Below, one piece after another: positions 1 to 6,982 of a stretch of 6,982 nt of DNA. The notes under the pieces are model-generated. The model was not told where the DNA came from, searched no databases, and worked only from the letters and a program-made list of their open reading frames with translations. Source of the stretch: a virus (taxonomy: Duplodnaviria > Heunggongvirae > Uroviricota > Caudoviricetes); the IMG/VR virus record IMGVR_UViG_2778261350_000001, positions 1 through 6,982 of that record, one strand, 5' to 3'. Both the position numbers and the translations under genes were made by a program. Numbering within the stretch: the stretch's first letter is position 1; the number at the start of each line of letters is the position of its first letter.

Positions 1-106
1 GAGCGCGATCGATATCAGAACTGTAACCATTGCCGTTATGGCAATGGAATGAGGCGTTATTACCCACAGTTTCACGCGAGCACATCATGTAAAAACGGTT
101 GATCAC
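1..106 (-). CDS. Partial hypothetical protein; 5' end only, continues beyond window start
   Basis: GTG at 106-104 overlaps the upstream stop (GTGA) and sits 6 nt after GGAGG (113-117 on plus); an in-frame ATG-ATG pair at 88-83 is an alternative start. Frame stays open to position 1 (..[29 protein letters not shown]..). Not in the ORF track because it is truncated. Confidence 0.25.
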   Translation of the reverse strand, partial: MINRFYMMCSRETVGNNASFHCHNGNGYSSDIDRA

Positions 107-270
107 CGGTTGCCTCCTTTGCGCCACATCGCATTCAGATATTTGTTGTCGTTAACAGAACCGAAACTATTTCTCTTAAGCAATTCCTCTCTCGATGGCA
201 TTGGCTTTACGCGTTGGCGAATAATCATTTCTGCCGGAAGAATGCCAGGATTGTATGCAAGACCTCTCAT
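103..270 (-). CDS. Hypothetical small protein (55 aa), translationally coupled to upstream gene
   Basis: ATG at 270-268 overlaps the TGA of the 267-548 gene (ATGA); GGAG lies 7-8 nt upstream. Hand translation: [55 protein letters not shown]. Below the ORF-track size cutoff; the plus-strand ORF 110-298 looks like its antisense shadow. Confidence 0.3.
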   Translation of the reverse strand: MRGLAYNPGILPAEMIIRQRVKPMPSREELLKRNSFGSVNDNKYLNAMWRKGGNR

Positions 271-548
271 GATTTACTCTCCACGAACTGGTCAATAGCC
301 ATGCTAAGTGACACACCTAAAGTCTCGATATGCTGCTGAATATCCTGTAGCGTCTGCTCCTGAGATAACAGTATTTCACGGTTGCATAACTCTTTAACCA
401 GATGCTCAAACTTGCTGTAATAACCGATACGACTTAGTGTTTCTTCCCCTGCATTCTCGCCTTCTTTGATAATTCCTCTTTCGCTAAGAATCAGGTCGTG
501 TTTGGTTCCGGTAATAACGTATTTTCCGAGGTCGATGTTTAGCTTCAT
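267..548 (-). CDS. Hypothetical phage early protein (93 aa)
   Basis: ORF track; GGAG about 9 nt upstream of the ATG at 548; same orientation and tight spacing with neighbouring PL-operon genes. No family recognised. Confidence 0.5.
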   Translation of the reverse strand: MKLNIDLGKYVITGTKHDLILSERGIIKEGENAGEETLSRIGYYSKFEHLVKELCNREILLSQEQTLQDIQQHIETLGVSLSMAIDQFVESKS

Positions 549-564
549 TGTTAATTACTCCATG

Positions 565-879
565 TTAATTTATTCGTATGCCTGCTCTTTCTTCATCGAG
601 TTTTTTTAGCTTGTATCGCATAGCTCTTACTGAATAAATTGAGCGGCAGGTTGCAATTGCTATTTCTTCTGCGGAGAACTTACCGAAAAGTGATACTTCG
701 GCTCTTGTCCATCGCCTTCCACGAAGTCGGCTAACAATGTCAGCGCCAATCCTTGTTGCTTTCGCCATTACTGCTTTTTCAGTCCTTTCCAGTTTTTCAG
801 CGATAACTTCAACTGGCATTGTTGCCGCTACTTCGCGCAAGAAATCGACTTCCCATTTCTCCCATGGAGTCTTTTTCAT
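565..879 (-). CDS. Hypothetical protein with two tandem ~40-aa helix-turn-helix-like repeats (putative DNA-binding)
   Basis: ORF track. Internal repeat seen in translation: PWEKWEVDFLREVAATMPVEVIAEKLERTEKAVMAKATRIG and RWTRAEVSLFGKFSAEEIAIATCRSIYSVRAMRYKL share a W-x3-E-V-x-(F/L)..E-x-IA..R-x4-V/A pattern, reminiscent of GcrA/SANT-like HTH units. Weak SD. Confidence 0.55.
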   Translation of the reverse strand: MKKTPWEKWEVDFLREVAATMPVEVIAEKLERTEKAVMAKATRIGADIVSRLRGRRWTRAEVSLFGKFSAEEIAIATCRSIYSVRAMRYKLKKLDEERAGIRIN

Positions 880-890
880 AGGCGATACCG

Positions 891-1373
891 TTATTTGATA
901 AGAAGTGAAGGTTTCCCAACTTTGAGTTGAGCGCCGGGGATATTTATTCCTGCTTTTAGTTGGTGTTTGATTGCCAGTTTGTCGGCTTTTATTGTTGTTT
1001 CAAACTCAACGTATTCTGGAGGAAGGGCGCTTGAGTCGATTATTTCTACAATTTCTGACGGTTTGCGGATTGTTACCTGGTGAATACCTGCTCGAATATT
1101 TTTCTTGCCAACCATTTCAAGCGATGACGCTATATATGATTTGATGCTGTCAATCTTATTTTGAATTACTGCGGCTCGCTCATTCAGTGACTTTGCCTCT
1201 TCCTTGAGGCGTTCGGCATAACCAGATTCATTTTTAATGACGGAAAGAAGTTGTTCTATTTTATCGGTAAATTCTCCTTCCATGCCTTCTATTGTGTCAG
1301 CAATCATCTCTGGTTCTAAATCTGAATCCATCAGCTTTGCGTATTCATTGGCTATTTCATACAGTTTGCTCAC
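891..1373 (-). CDS. Gam-like / siphovirus Gp157-family protein (host-nuclease inhibitor-like)
   Basis: ORF track 891-1379 (frame opens with TTG). I place the start at GTG 1373-1371, 6 nt downstream of GGAGG. N-terminal coiled-coil-like region followed by a beta-rich C-terminal part; size and architecture resemble Mu Gam / Sipho_Gp157 proteins that sit next to RecT/Erf recombinases. Overlaps the recT 3' end. Confidence 0.55.
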   Translation of the reverse strand: MSKLYEIANEYAKLMDSDLEPEMIADTIEGMEGEFTDKIEQLLSVIKNESGYAERLKEEAKSLNERAAVIQNKIDSIKSYIASSLEMVGKKNIRAGIHQVTIRKPSEIVEIIDSSALPPEYVEFETTIKADKLAIKHQLKAGINIPGAQLKVGKPSLLIK

Positions 1374-2268
1374 TGGCAACCTCCAGTTTCGCTTTGCATT
1401 CTATGTAAATGGCTTGTACGTTCTGCTGCAATTTCATTCCAGATGTCAGGCGATATGCTTCTGCAAAATATCGCTTCAAATCATCCATGTTTTCTGCCTG
1501 AGCCATTTCATCGCAAAGAAGTTGTGCTTTATCCATTATTTCCTGCTGGCGTTTCCGTTCATCTTCGCGGATATCTTCCTCTGATTTGTGCGGCATAACT
1601 GGTTCAGTCCACACACCTTCTTCTTCGTTTAGTACGTGAATAGCACTATCAAGACGTGATGCCTTAGGCCAATACTTGCTTGCACGCTTTACGACCGTCT
1701 TTCGCGCCATCTCATTCCAGTGATTTACCCATGGTCCTTTATCGCTGAATGCTGCCTTGCTTGTTTTCCTTACAGCCTCAATTTCAGCCAGACTCATCTC
1801 TTCCGTTAGATAATCACCTGCTGGCGTCTTAACTGTGCAGTAAACGCCAACGATATCACCACGATCACCGAAGGCGTTGTATTTATGGGTTGGTGCTTTA
1901 TCAAGCCCGTTTGACTCATAGGTATCGTTAGCATGAACAAGTTTTGCCTGACCCCATGAGATAACACCAGACTCCATTGCAATATGGAGCAATCCCATAT
2001 AACTGATATCAAGGCAAACCATGCCGTCGCGCGGAACTAGATAAGCAAGTTTGCTGGCCGGGTTTAAGGTGATGCCTATCGCCGCAACATTGATGATGGC
2101 GTTCTGTGCGCTGGTTGGATTTGCCAGTGCTGTTTTAGCCAGGTAATCGTTTTTCTGGAAATACTGAATTGCAAACTGGCTTTCCTTAGCCCATGTCACC
2201 GTCTGTTCAGTCAATGCTCCGCAGAATAACTGCTCTTGCTGTTTAACGAATTCAACGATATTGCTCAT
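1357..2268 (-). CDS. recT: RecT-family single-strand annealing recombinase
   Basis: ORF track, 303 aa. Contains the GPWVNHWNEMARKTVVKRASKYWP segment matching the conserved RecT core (Rac RecT: GPWVTHWEEMAKKTAIRR..KYLP, from memory). Not Red-beta-like. ATG at 2268 overlaps the stop of the upstream gene (ATGA); GGAG 7 nt upstream. Confidence 0.85.
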   Translation of the reverse strand: MSNIVEFVKQQEQLFCGALTEQTVTWAKESQFAIQYFQKNDYLAKTALANPTSAQNAIINVAAIGITLNPASKLAYLVPRDGMVCLDISYMGLLHIAMESGVISWGQAKLVHANDTYESNGLDKAPTHKYNAFGDRGDIVGVYCTVKTPAGDYLTEEMSLAEIEAVRKTSKAAFSDKGPWVNHWNEMARKTVVKRASKYWPKASRLDSAIHVLNEEEGVWTEPVMPHKSEEDIREDERKRQQEIMDKAQLLCDEMAQAENMDDLKRYFAEAYRLTSGMKLQQNVQAIYIECKAKLEVASEQTV

Positions 2269-2576
2269 GCAGCTTCTCCATAAATATGTCTGCGTTTGAA
2301 TATTGCGAAGGCATATTCAGCCTTAACTCTTTCGGTTATTGCATCCCAGAACCATTCAGCGGCTTTTTCCTGATAGTTACAGTCATCATCTTCCAGCCAG
2401 TCGATAGCGTCCTTAGTGTGTTCATCTGGTTTATATGAGCGAAGCATTTCGCTTATTGGGTCGCAACGTTTGCAGAGGCGATCAACTTCACTGTTGATTC
2501 GCTCGTAATCTTCATCAGTAAAACTTGCGATTATTTGCGATATTTCACGCTTATCATTCAGAGTCAGAATCATCAT
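2265..2576 (-). CDS. Hypothetical acidic protein (about 102 aa)
   Basis: ORF track. Tandem ATG-ATG at 2576-2571 preceded by AGGAG (rc of 2582-2586); the second ATG has better spacing. Its stop overlaps the recT start. No family recognised. Confidence 0.55.
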   Translation of the reverse strand: MMILTLNDKREISQIIASFTDEDYERINSEVDRLCKRCDPISEMLRSYKPDEHTKDAIDWLEDDDCNYQEKAAEWFWDAITERVKAEYAFAIFKRRHIYGEAA

Positions 2577-2661
2577 CTTTCTCCTGTTCTTTGTGCTGAT
2601 TGAGCATTTTGTTCATCTGACGAATGAATTCTTCGTCTGACCATGTATCCGCAATGCTCAT
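2551..2661 (-). CDS. Hypothetical small ORF (36 aa, acidic C-terminus)
   Basis: ATG at 2661-2659 overlaps the TGA of the 2658-2822 ORF (ATGA). Hand translation: MSIADTWSDEEFIRQMNKMLNQHKEQEKDDDSDSE. Its 3' end overlaps the start of the 2265-2576 gene in another frame; weak SD. Could be a chance ORF. Confidence 0.2.
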
Positions 2662-2822
2662 TGCTTAACGACCTTAATCAGTTGAGTTACCTCAATGATG
2701 TCCTCGCATAAATCAGAGTACTGAAATGGGCCGCAGTTGTGAGAGTTAGTGCGTCTGGCGAAAGCCATTCTTCTAAGCTCTTTCAGGGCTTCTTCCAGTT
2801 CCTCGTAAGTTGGTTTTTTCAT
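2658..2822 (-). CDS. Hypothetical small protein (54 aa), coupled to cIII
   Basis: ATG at 2822-2820 overlaps the cIII TGA (ATGA). Hand translation: MKKPTYEELEEALKELRRMAFARRTNSHNCGPFQYSDLCEDIIEVTQLIKVVKQ. It occupies the slot where lambda has small genes after cIII. Below ORF-track cutoff. Confidence 0.35.
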   Translation of the reverse strand: MKKPTYEELEEALKELRRMAFARRTNSHNCGPFQYSDLCEDIIEVTQLIKVVKQ

Positions 2823-2989
2823 GGCTGTACCTTTTGATTCAGAAACTCAACAAGACGATCCAGCAAGCTCTTAACGCGAGGTTGTTTAAAGTCTGCTCCG
2901 GTTAAAATATTTTTTCGTGAATGCTGCACCGATAAAATTGGGTTGAAAGGGCGAACCGATGCCGCCCCTGCAATAGCGAACTGTTGCAT
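2819..2989 (-). CDS. cIII: cIII-like protein (FtsH inhibitor family), 56 aa
   Basis: Track ORF 2819-3094 contains the internal start MQQFAIAGAASVRPF... at 2989-2987 with AAGGAG 6 nt upstream. The N-terminus MQxFAIAG and the SLLDRL..FLNQ segment resemble lambda CIII (MQYAIAGW...SLLERI...ILNQ, from memory). The upstream leader also resembles the lambda cIII leader. The longer track N-terminus (MEIFFALQCEGFF..) is probably not translated. Confidence 0.6.
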   Translation of the reverse strand: MQQFAIAGAASVRPFNPILSVQHSRKNILTGADFKQPRVKSLLDRLVEFLNQKVQP

Positions 2990-3052
2990 AGGATGCTCCT
3001 TCTGTTTGATTGCATAACGAAAACGCCTCGAGTGAAGCGTTATTGGTATGCA

Positions 3053-3079
3053 TATAAAAAAGCCCTCACACTGGAGGGC
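3053..3079 (-). terminator. Rho-independent terminator candidate between the N-proximal insert and cIII
   Basis: Minus-strand transcript reads GCCCTC-CAGTGT-GAGGGC followed by TTTTTT (plus strand: A-run 3056-3061, stem arms 3062-3067 and 3074-3079). The U-tract is only on the minus strand, so it is orientation-specific for the leftward operon; presumably read through under N antitermination. Confidence 0.6.
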
Positions 3080-3172
3080 AAAGAAGATTTCCAATAATCA
3101 GAACAAGTCGGCTCCTGTTTAGTTACGAGCGACATTGCTCACATAGCAGACTCGTAAATCTGCTATAGGTGC

Positions 3173-3331
3173 TTATTCGCATCGCATGACAACATCAAAT
3201 TTTTCGAGATTACTTTGTCGCAACAATCCTTCTTCTACGCGATCAGCTTTTCTATAATTATCAAATTCGAAATGTTTAATTACTTCTTTCGTTTCTCGCT
3301 CTATAACTTCAACGATGTATTTCTTATTCAT
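3173..3331 (-). CDS. Hypothetical small protein (52 aa)
   Basis: ATG at 3331-3329 overlaps the TAA of the 3331-3600 gene (TAATG). Hand translation: MNKKYIVEVIERETKEVIKHFEFDNYRKADRVEEGLLRQSNLEKFDVVMRCE; stop at 3175-3173. Below ORF-track cutoff; the plus-strand ORF 3215-3442 is its antisense shadow. Confidence 0.35.
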   Translation of the reverse strand: MNKKYIVEVIERETKEVIKHFEFDNYRKADRVEEGLLRQSNLEKFDVVMRCE

Positions 3332-3600
3332 TATTCATCACCTATGGCTTTTTTGATAGCTTCGCGAGCCTTATTAACAGCTCCATACCATTCTGGATAT
3401 GTTGTCGTTGTTCTATTTTCGGCTTGCTTAAGTAATAACTGAAGTGCTTCAAGTAAATCCGGTGCAGCCATAGCTAATCTTCCATTTGCTAAGGCCTCTT
3501 CTGTTTCTTTACCGGATAGGGCCATTCCCGGGTGTGAAAATAAAATTAAGCCTGCAAAATTGGCTTCTCGCCAATTTTTCCTAGTACCTTTAAATTCCAT
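3331..3600 (-). CDS. Hypothetical protein (89 aa)
   Basis: ORF track; GAGG about 7 nt upstream of the ATG at 3600. No family recognised. Confidence 0.55.
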   Translation of the reverse strand: MEFKGTRKNWREANFAGLILFSHPGMALSGKETEEALANGRLAMAAPDLLEALQLLLKQAENRTTTTYPEWYGAVNKAREAIKKAIGDE

Positions 3601-3620
3601 GTTAGCCTCTGTTGTTTATG

Positions 3621-3648
3621 CCAAAAATAAAGGCCGACTATGCGGCCT
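3621..3648 (-). terminator. Terminator-like or attenuator hairpin at the 3' end of the 207-aa gene
   Basis: Minus-strand RNA: AGGCCG-CATAGT-CGGCCT followed by TTATTTTTGG (stem arms at plus 3631-3636 and 3643-3648; T-run is the rc of 3621-3630). Overlaps the TAG stop of the 3638-4261 gene. Confidence 0.35.
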
Positions 3649-4261
3649 CGGAAGGAAGTCCAATCATCTTATTCAAATCTTCTACCCGTAAAGCAGGAAG
3701 TGCTGCACTTGCTTTATCTGCTTCTTTTGGTAGCAACTCTTTGCTTTCAGGCCAAACTTCAATAAGTCGCTTAACTGTTGTGACTGAGTTCAAAGCAGCC
3801 CATACATTTGATTCGATATCCTTTTTCTTGGCTTCAAGTTTTTGTTGCAATGCGCAGATTTCATCAAACCTTTTTGTTATTTCGTGTTCTGCGCTAAACA
3901 TGCATTTATCTTTGGTCGGAGTAGGGAGCAATATATCTTCTCCGTTGCCGTCTTTCCCATATGAATGCCATCCAACCCTTCTGCCAGATACAGTCAGATA
4001 AATCGAAGTAGAACGAACATCGTATGAGTAAAATGGACATCCCAGTTTTTCAAGTTCTTCACTTATAGCTACTAACTTGGATGATAACTGATCCACTACC
4101 TCAGTTTTCTTTTTACCGCCAAACGCAATAACTCTGGCGTCAAGTGCAAGCTGGTTCATTAACTTTGTTACTTCTTCAAGTTCAGTGAAAACCCCAGACT
4201 TAATTAAAGCGTTACGAGCGATTTCCTCTTTCATTCTCGTAGTTAAACGGATTGATGACAT
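3638..4261 (-). CDS. Hypothetical protein (207 aa) immediately downstream of N; function unknown
   Basis: Track ORF 3638-4321 begins inside N. The likely start is ATG 4261-4259 (MSSIRLTTRMKEEIARN...), with GAGGA directly after the N stop codon and 6 nt before the ATG. Hydrophilic, no transmembrane-looking segments, no family recognised. Confidence 0.6.
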   Translation of the reverse strand: MSSIRLTTRMKEEIARNALIKSGVFTELEEVTKLMNQLALDARVIAFGGKKKTEVVDQLSSKLVAISEELEKLGCPFYSYDVRSTSIYLTVSGRRVGWHSYGKDGNGEDILLPTPTKDKCMFSAEHEITKRFDEICALQQKLEAKKKDIESNVWAALNSVTTVKRLIEVWPESKELLPKEADKASAALPALRVEDLNKMIGLPSEAA

Positions 4262-4272
4262 ATTAATTCCTC

Positions 4273-4599
4273 TCAAATAAGTGGTTTGCTGCCTAATTTC
4301 ATTTTCTGGCGACCAACACAAGTCACACCCATTTCACTGCGTGGCTTGCTGTACCATGTGCGCTGATTCTTGCGTTCAATACGTTGCAGGTTGCTTTCAA
4401 TCTGTTCGTGGTATTCAGCCAGCACTGTAAGGTCTATAGGATTCAGTGCGCTTTCTACTCGTGATTTCGGTTTGCGATTCAGCGAGAGAATAGGGCGGTT
4501 AACTGGCTTTGCGCTTACCCCAACCAACAGGGGATTTGCTGCTTTCCATTGAGCCTGTTTCTCTGCGCGACGTTCGCGGCGGCGTGTTTGTGCATCCAT
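4273..4599 (-). CDS. N: Antitermination protein N (lambda-like)
   Basis: ORF track, 108 aa. MDAQTRRRERRAEKQAQWKAANPLLVGVSAKPVNRPILSLNRKPKSRVESALNPIDLTVLAEYH... matches lambda N nearly residue for residue over about 85 aa, including the arginine-rich boxB-binding motif; the C-terminal ~25 aa diverge. GGAG upstream (..caggagaatccagATG). Confidence 0.95.
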   Translation of the reverse strand: MDAQTRRRERRAEKQAQWKAANPLLVGVSAKPVNRPILSLNRKPKSRVESALNPIDLTVLAEYHEQIESNLQRIERKNQRTWYSKPRSEMGVTCVGRQKMKLGSKPLI

Positions 4600-4797
4600 C
4601 TGGATTCTCCTGTCAGTTAGCTTTGGTGATTGGATGGCCGGCGCTGAACCCCGGCTTACTGGTTAGAGCGCCCGCACTACCAGTGACGCTGTCTTGAGGC
4701 GCAGATTGGTTACTGCTTGCCATGAGCGCTGTTTATACATTGGTCGAGCATCAGCCTGCTCATTCATCCAATCCCAAAGCCTTCTGCTTTGAATGCT

Positions 4798-4828
4798 GCC
4801 CTTCTTCAGGGCTTAATTTTTAAGAGCC
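4798..4828 (-). promoter_or_regulatory. nutL: nutL (boxB hairpin 4798-4812, boxA-like 4820-4828)
   Basis: On the minus strand: GGCTCTTAA-AAATTAA-GCCCTGAAGAAGGGC. boxB equals lambda nutL boxB (GCCCTGAAGAAGGGC); boxA differs from the lambda CGCTCTTAA by one base as far as I recall. Correctly placed between PL and N. Confidence 0.85.
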
Positions 4829-4860
4829 TCACCTTCATGGTGGTCAGTGCGTCCTGCTGA

Positions 4861-4896
4861 TGGCTTAAAATTACAAGAAAGATTGTATGTTGTAAA
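4861..4896 (-). promoter_or_regulatory. PL promoter (-35 TTTACA at 4891-4896, -10 TAATTT at 4868-4873, start near 4861)
   Basis: Minus-strand sequence downstream reads ATCAGCAGGACGCACTGACCACC, which matches the 5' end of the lambda pL transcript as I recall it. Hexamers have a 17-nt spacer; OL1 lies in the spacer and OL2 overlaps the -35. Confidence 0.7.
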
Positions 4897-4940
4897 CAAG
4901 AAATATTGTAAAAAGGGGCGTGAAAAACAAACTCCATTGT
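4873..4940. promoter_or_regulatory. OL operator cluster: three 14-bp 434-type repressor sites
   Basis: acaagaaagattgt (4873-4886), acaagaaatattgt (4896-4909), acaaactccattgt (4927-4940); all ACAA-N6-TTGT with dyad symmetry. Same consensus as the OR sites next to cI/cro. Confidence 0.8.
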
Positions 4941-4989
4941 TTTTAAATGAAAAATAGTTTGTTTTTGGTTATCGAGATTGAGGTGGGGA

Positions 4990-6342
<1,353 letters not shown>

Positions 6343-6350
6343 GACATTCC

Positions 6351-6382
6351 CGCTCTTACACATCCCAGCCCTGAAAAAGGGC
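6351..6382 (+). promoter_or_regulatory. nutR: nutR (boxA CGCTCTTAC 6351-6359, boxB GCCCTGAAAAAGGGC 6368-6382)
   Basis: Both elements match lambda nutR as I recall it, located just after the cro stop. A downstream 8-bp-stem palindrome at 6406-6427 lies in the region equivalent to lambda tR1. Confidence 0.85.
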
Positions 6383-6451
6383 ATCAAATTAAACCACACC
6401 TATGGTGTATGCATTTATTTGCATACATTCAATCAATTGTTATCTAAGGAA

Positions 6452-6484
6452 ATACTTACATATGCAACTTACAAGTACTCGCAA
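6452..6484 (-). promoter_or_regulatory. PRE-like CII-activated promoter candidate (antisense to the cro-cII junction)
   Basis: Minus strand reads TTGC(6484-6481)-gagtac-TTGT(6474-6471), then 13 nt, then AAGTAT (rc of 6452-6457). Same geometry as lambda PRE (TTGC-N6-TTGC, 13 nt, AAGTAT) inside the first cII codons, but the second repeat is TTGT. Assigned by positional analogy only. Confidence 0.4.
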
Positions 6485-6740
6485 GAAAGCGAATGCAATT
6501 ACAAGCAACATCCTAAATCGAATTGCTGTACGTGGTCAGCGAAAGGTAGCCGACGCGTTAGGGATTAATGAATCGCAAATTTCACGATGGAAAGACAGCT
6601 TCATCCCAAAAATGGGAATGCTTCTGGCTGTTCTTGAATGGGGTGTTGAAGACGAGGAGTTGGCGGAACTGGCTAAGAAAGTAGCCAGAATGCTGACAAA
6701 AGAAAAAGCCCCGAAGAACGGCGAATTCTTCGAGGCCTGA
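6462..6740 (+). CDS. cII: CII-family transcriptional activator (92 aa)
   Basis: Internal start of track ORF 6402-6740, with AAGGA upstream in a leader identical to the lambda cII leader. ..ESQISRWKDSFIPKMGMLLAVLEWGVEDEELAELAKKVARMLT aligns with lambda CII (..KSQISRWKRDWIPKFSMLLAVLEWGVVDDDMARLARQVAAILT). N- and C-termini diverge from lambda. Confidence 0.9.
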   Translation: MQLTSTRKKANAITSNILNRIAVRGQRKVADALGINESQISRWKDSFIPKMGMLLAVLEWGVEDEELAELAKKVARMLTKEKAPKNGEFFEA

Positions 6741-6774
6741 TGTAGAAAGACTGGATCAATCCACAGGAGTAATT

Positions 6775-6982
<208 letters not shown>

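Noticed and set aside
110-298. Plus-strand 62-aa ORF
   Set aside because: Pro/Arg/Leu-rich, low-complexity translation with no RBS, lying antisense to the coupled minus-strand small ORF and gene junction; typical antisense shadow ORF.
1237-1584. Plus-strand 115-aa ORF
   Set aside because: Antisense to the recT / Gam-like overlap; Ser/Phe/Leu-rich low-complexity product; no RBS; opposite to the operon direction.
1806-2012. Minus-strand 68-aa ORF inside recT
   Set aside because: Alternate frame wholly contained within the well-supported recT CDS; no independent start signals.
3215-3442. Plus-strand 75-aa ORF
   Set aside because: Antisense to the 89-aa and 52-aa minus-strand genes; Phe/Ser-rich low-complexity translation.
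3612-4001. Plus-strand 129-aa ORF
   Set aside because: Antisense to the 207-aa gene; Ser/Leu-rich low-complexity product; the minus-strand frame has the proper RBS and operon context.
4262-4321. N-terminal extension of the 207-aa ORF (track start at 4321)
   Set aside because: The extension overlaps the 3' end of N in another frame, whereas the internal ATG at 4261 has a GAGGA RBS directly after the N stop.
4370-4697. Plus-strand ORFs 4370-4552 and 4509-4697
   Set aside because: Antisense to N and its leader, whose identity is strongly supported; Arg/Leu/Ser-rich shadow frames.
6402-6461. N-terminal extension of cII (track start at 6402)
   Set aside because: The upstream Met lies within the tR1-region palindrome, whereas the ATG at 6462 has the conserved lambda-type leader and RBS.

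Overview
This window is the early-regulatory core of a lambdoid (lambda/434-type) phage or prophage. The centre is an immunity region whose repressor and Cro match phage 434 as I recall their sequences (cI 5391-6023 on minus, cro 6127-6342 on plus), with six 14-bp ACAA-N6-TTGT operators (OR1-3 at 6055-6113, OL1-3 at 4873-4940). To the left the PL operon runs on the minus strand: PL, nutL, a lambda-like N, a three-gene insert of unknown function, a cIII-like gene, small translationally coupled ORFs, a RecT-family recombinase, a Gam/Gp157-like protein and further small genes. To the right the PR operon starts: cro, nutR, a cII homolog and a small gene in the slot where lambda has O. The two loci I consider most likely to hold an undescribed accessory function are a signal-peptide protein gene fused to the 3' end of cI (4990-5394, the slot lambda uses for rexA/rexB) and the insert between N and cIII (3173-4261). 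All protein identifications rest on reading translations against remembered family sequences; no database search was run. No tRNA, rRNA, CRISPR array, integrase or IS element is visible.
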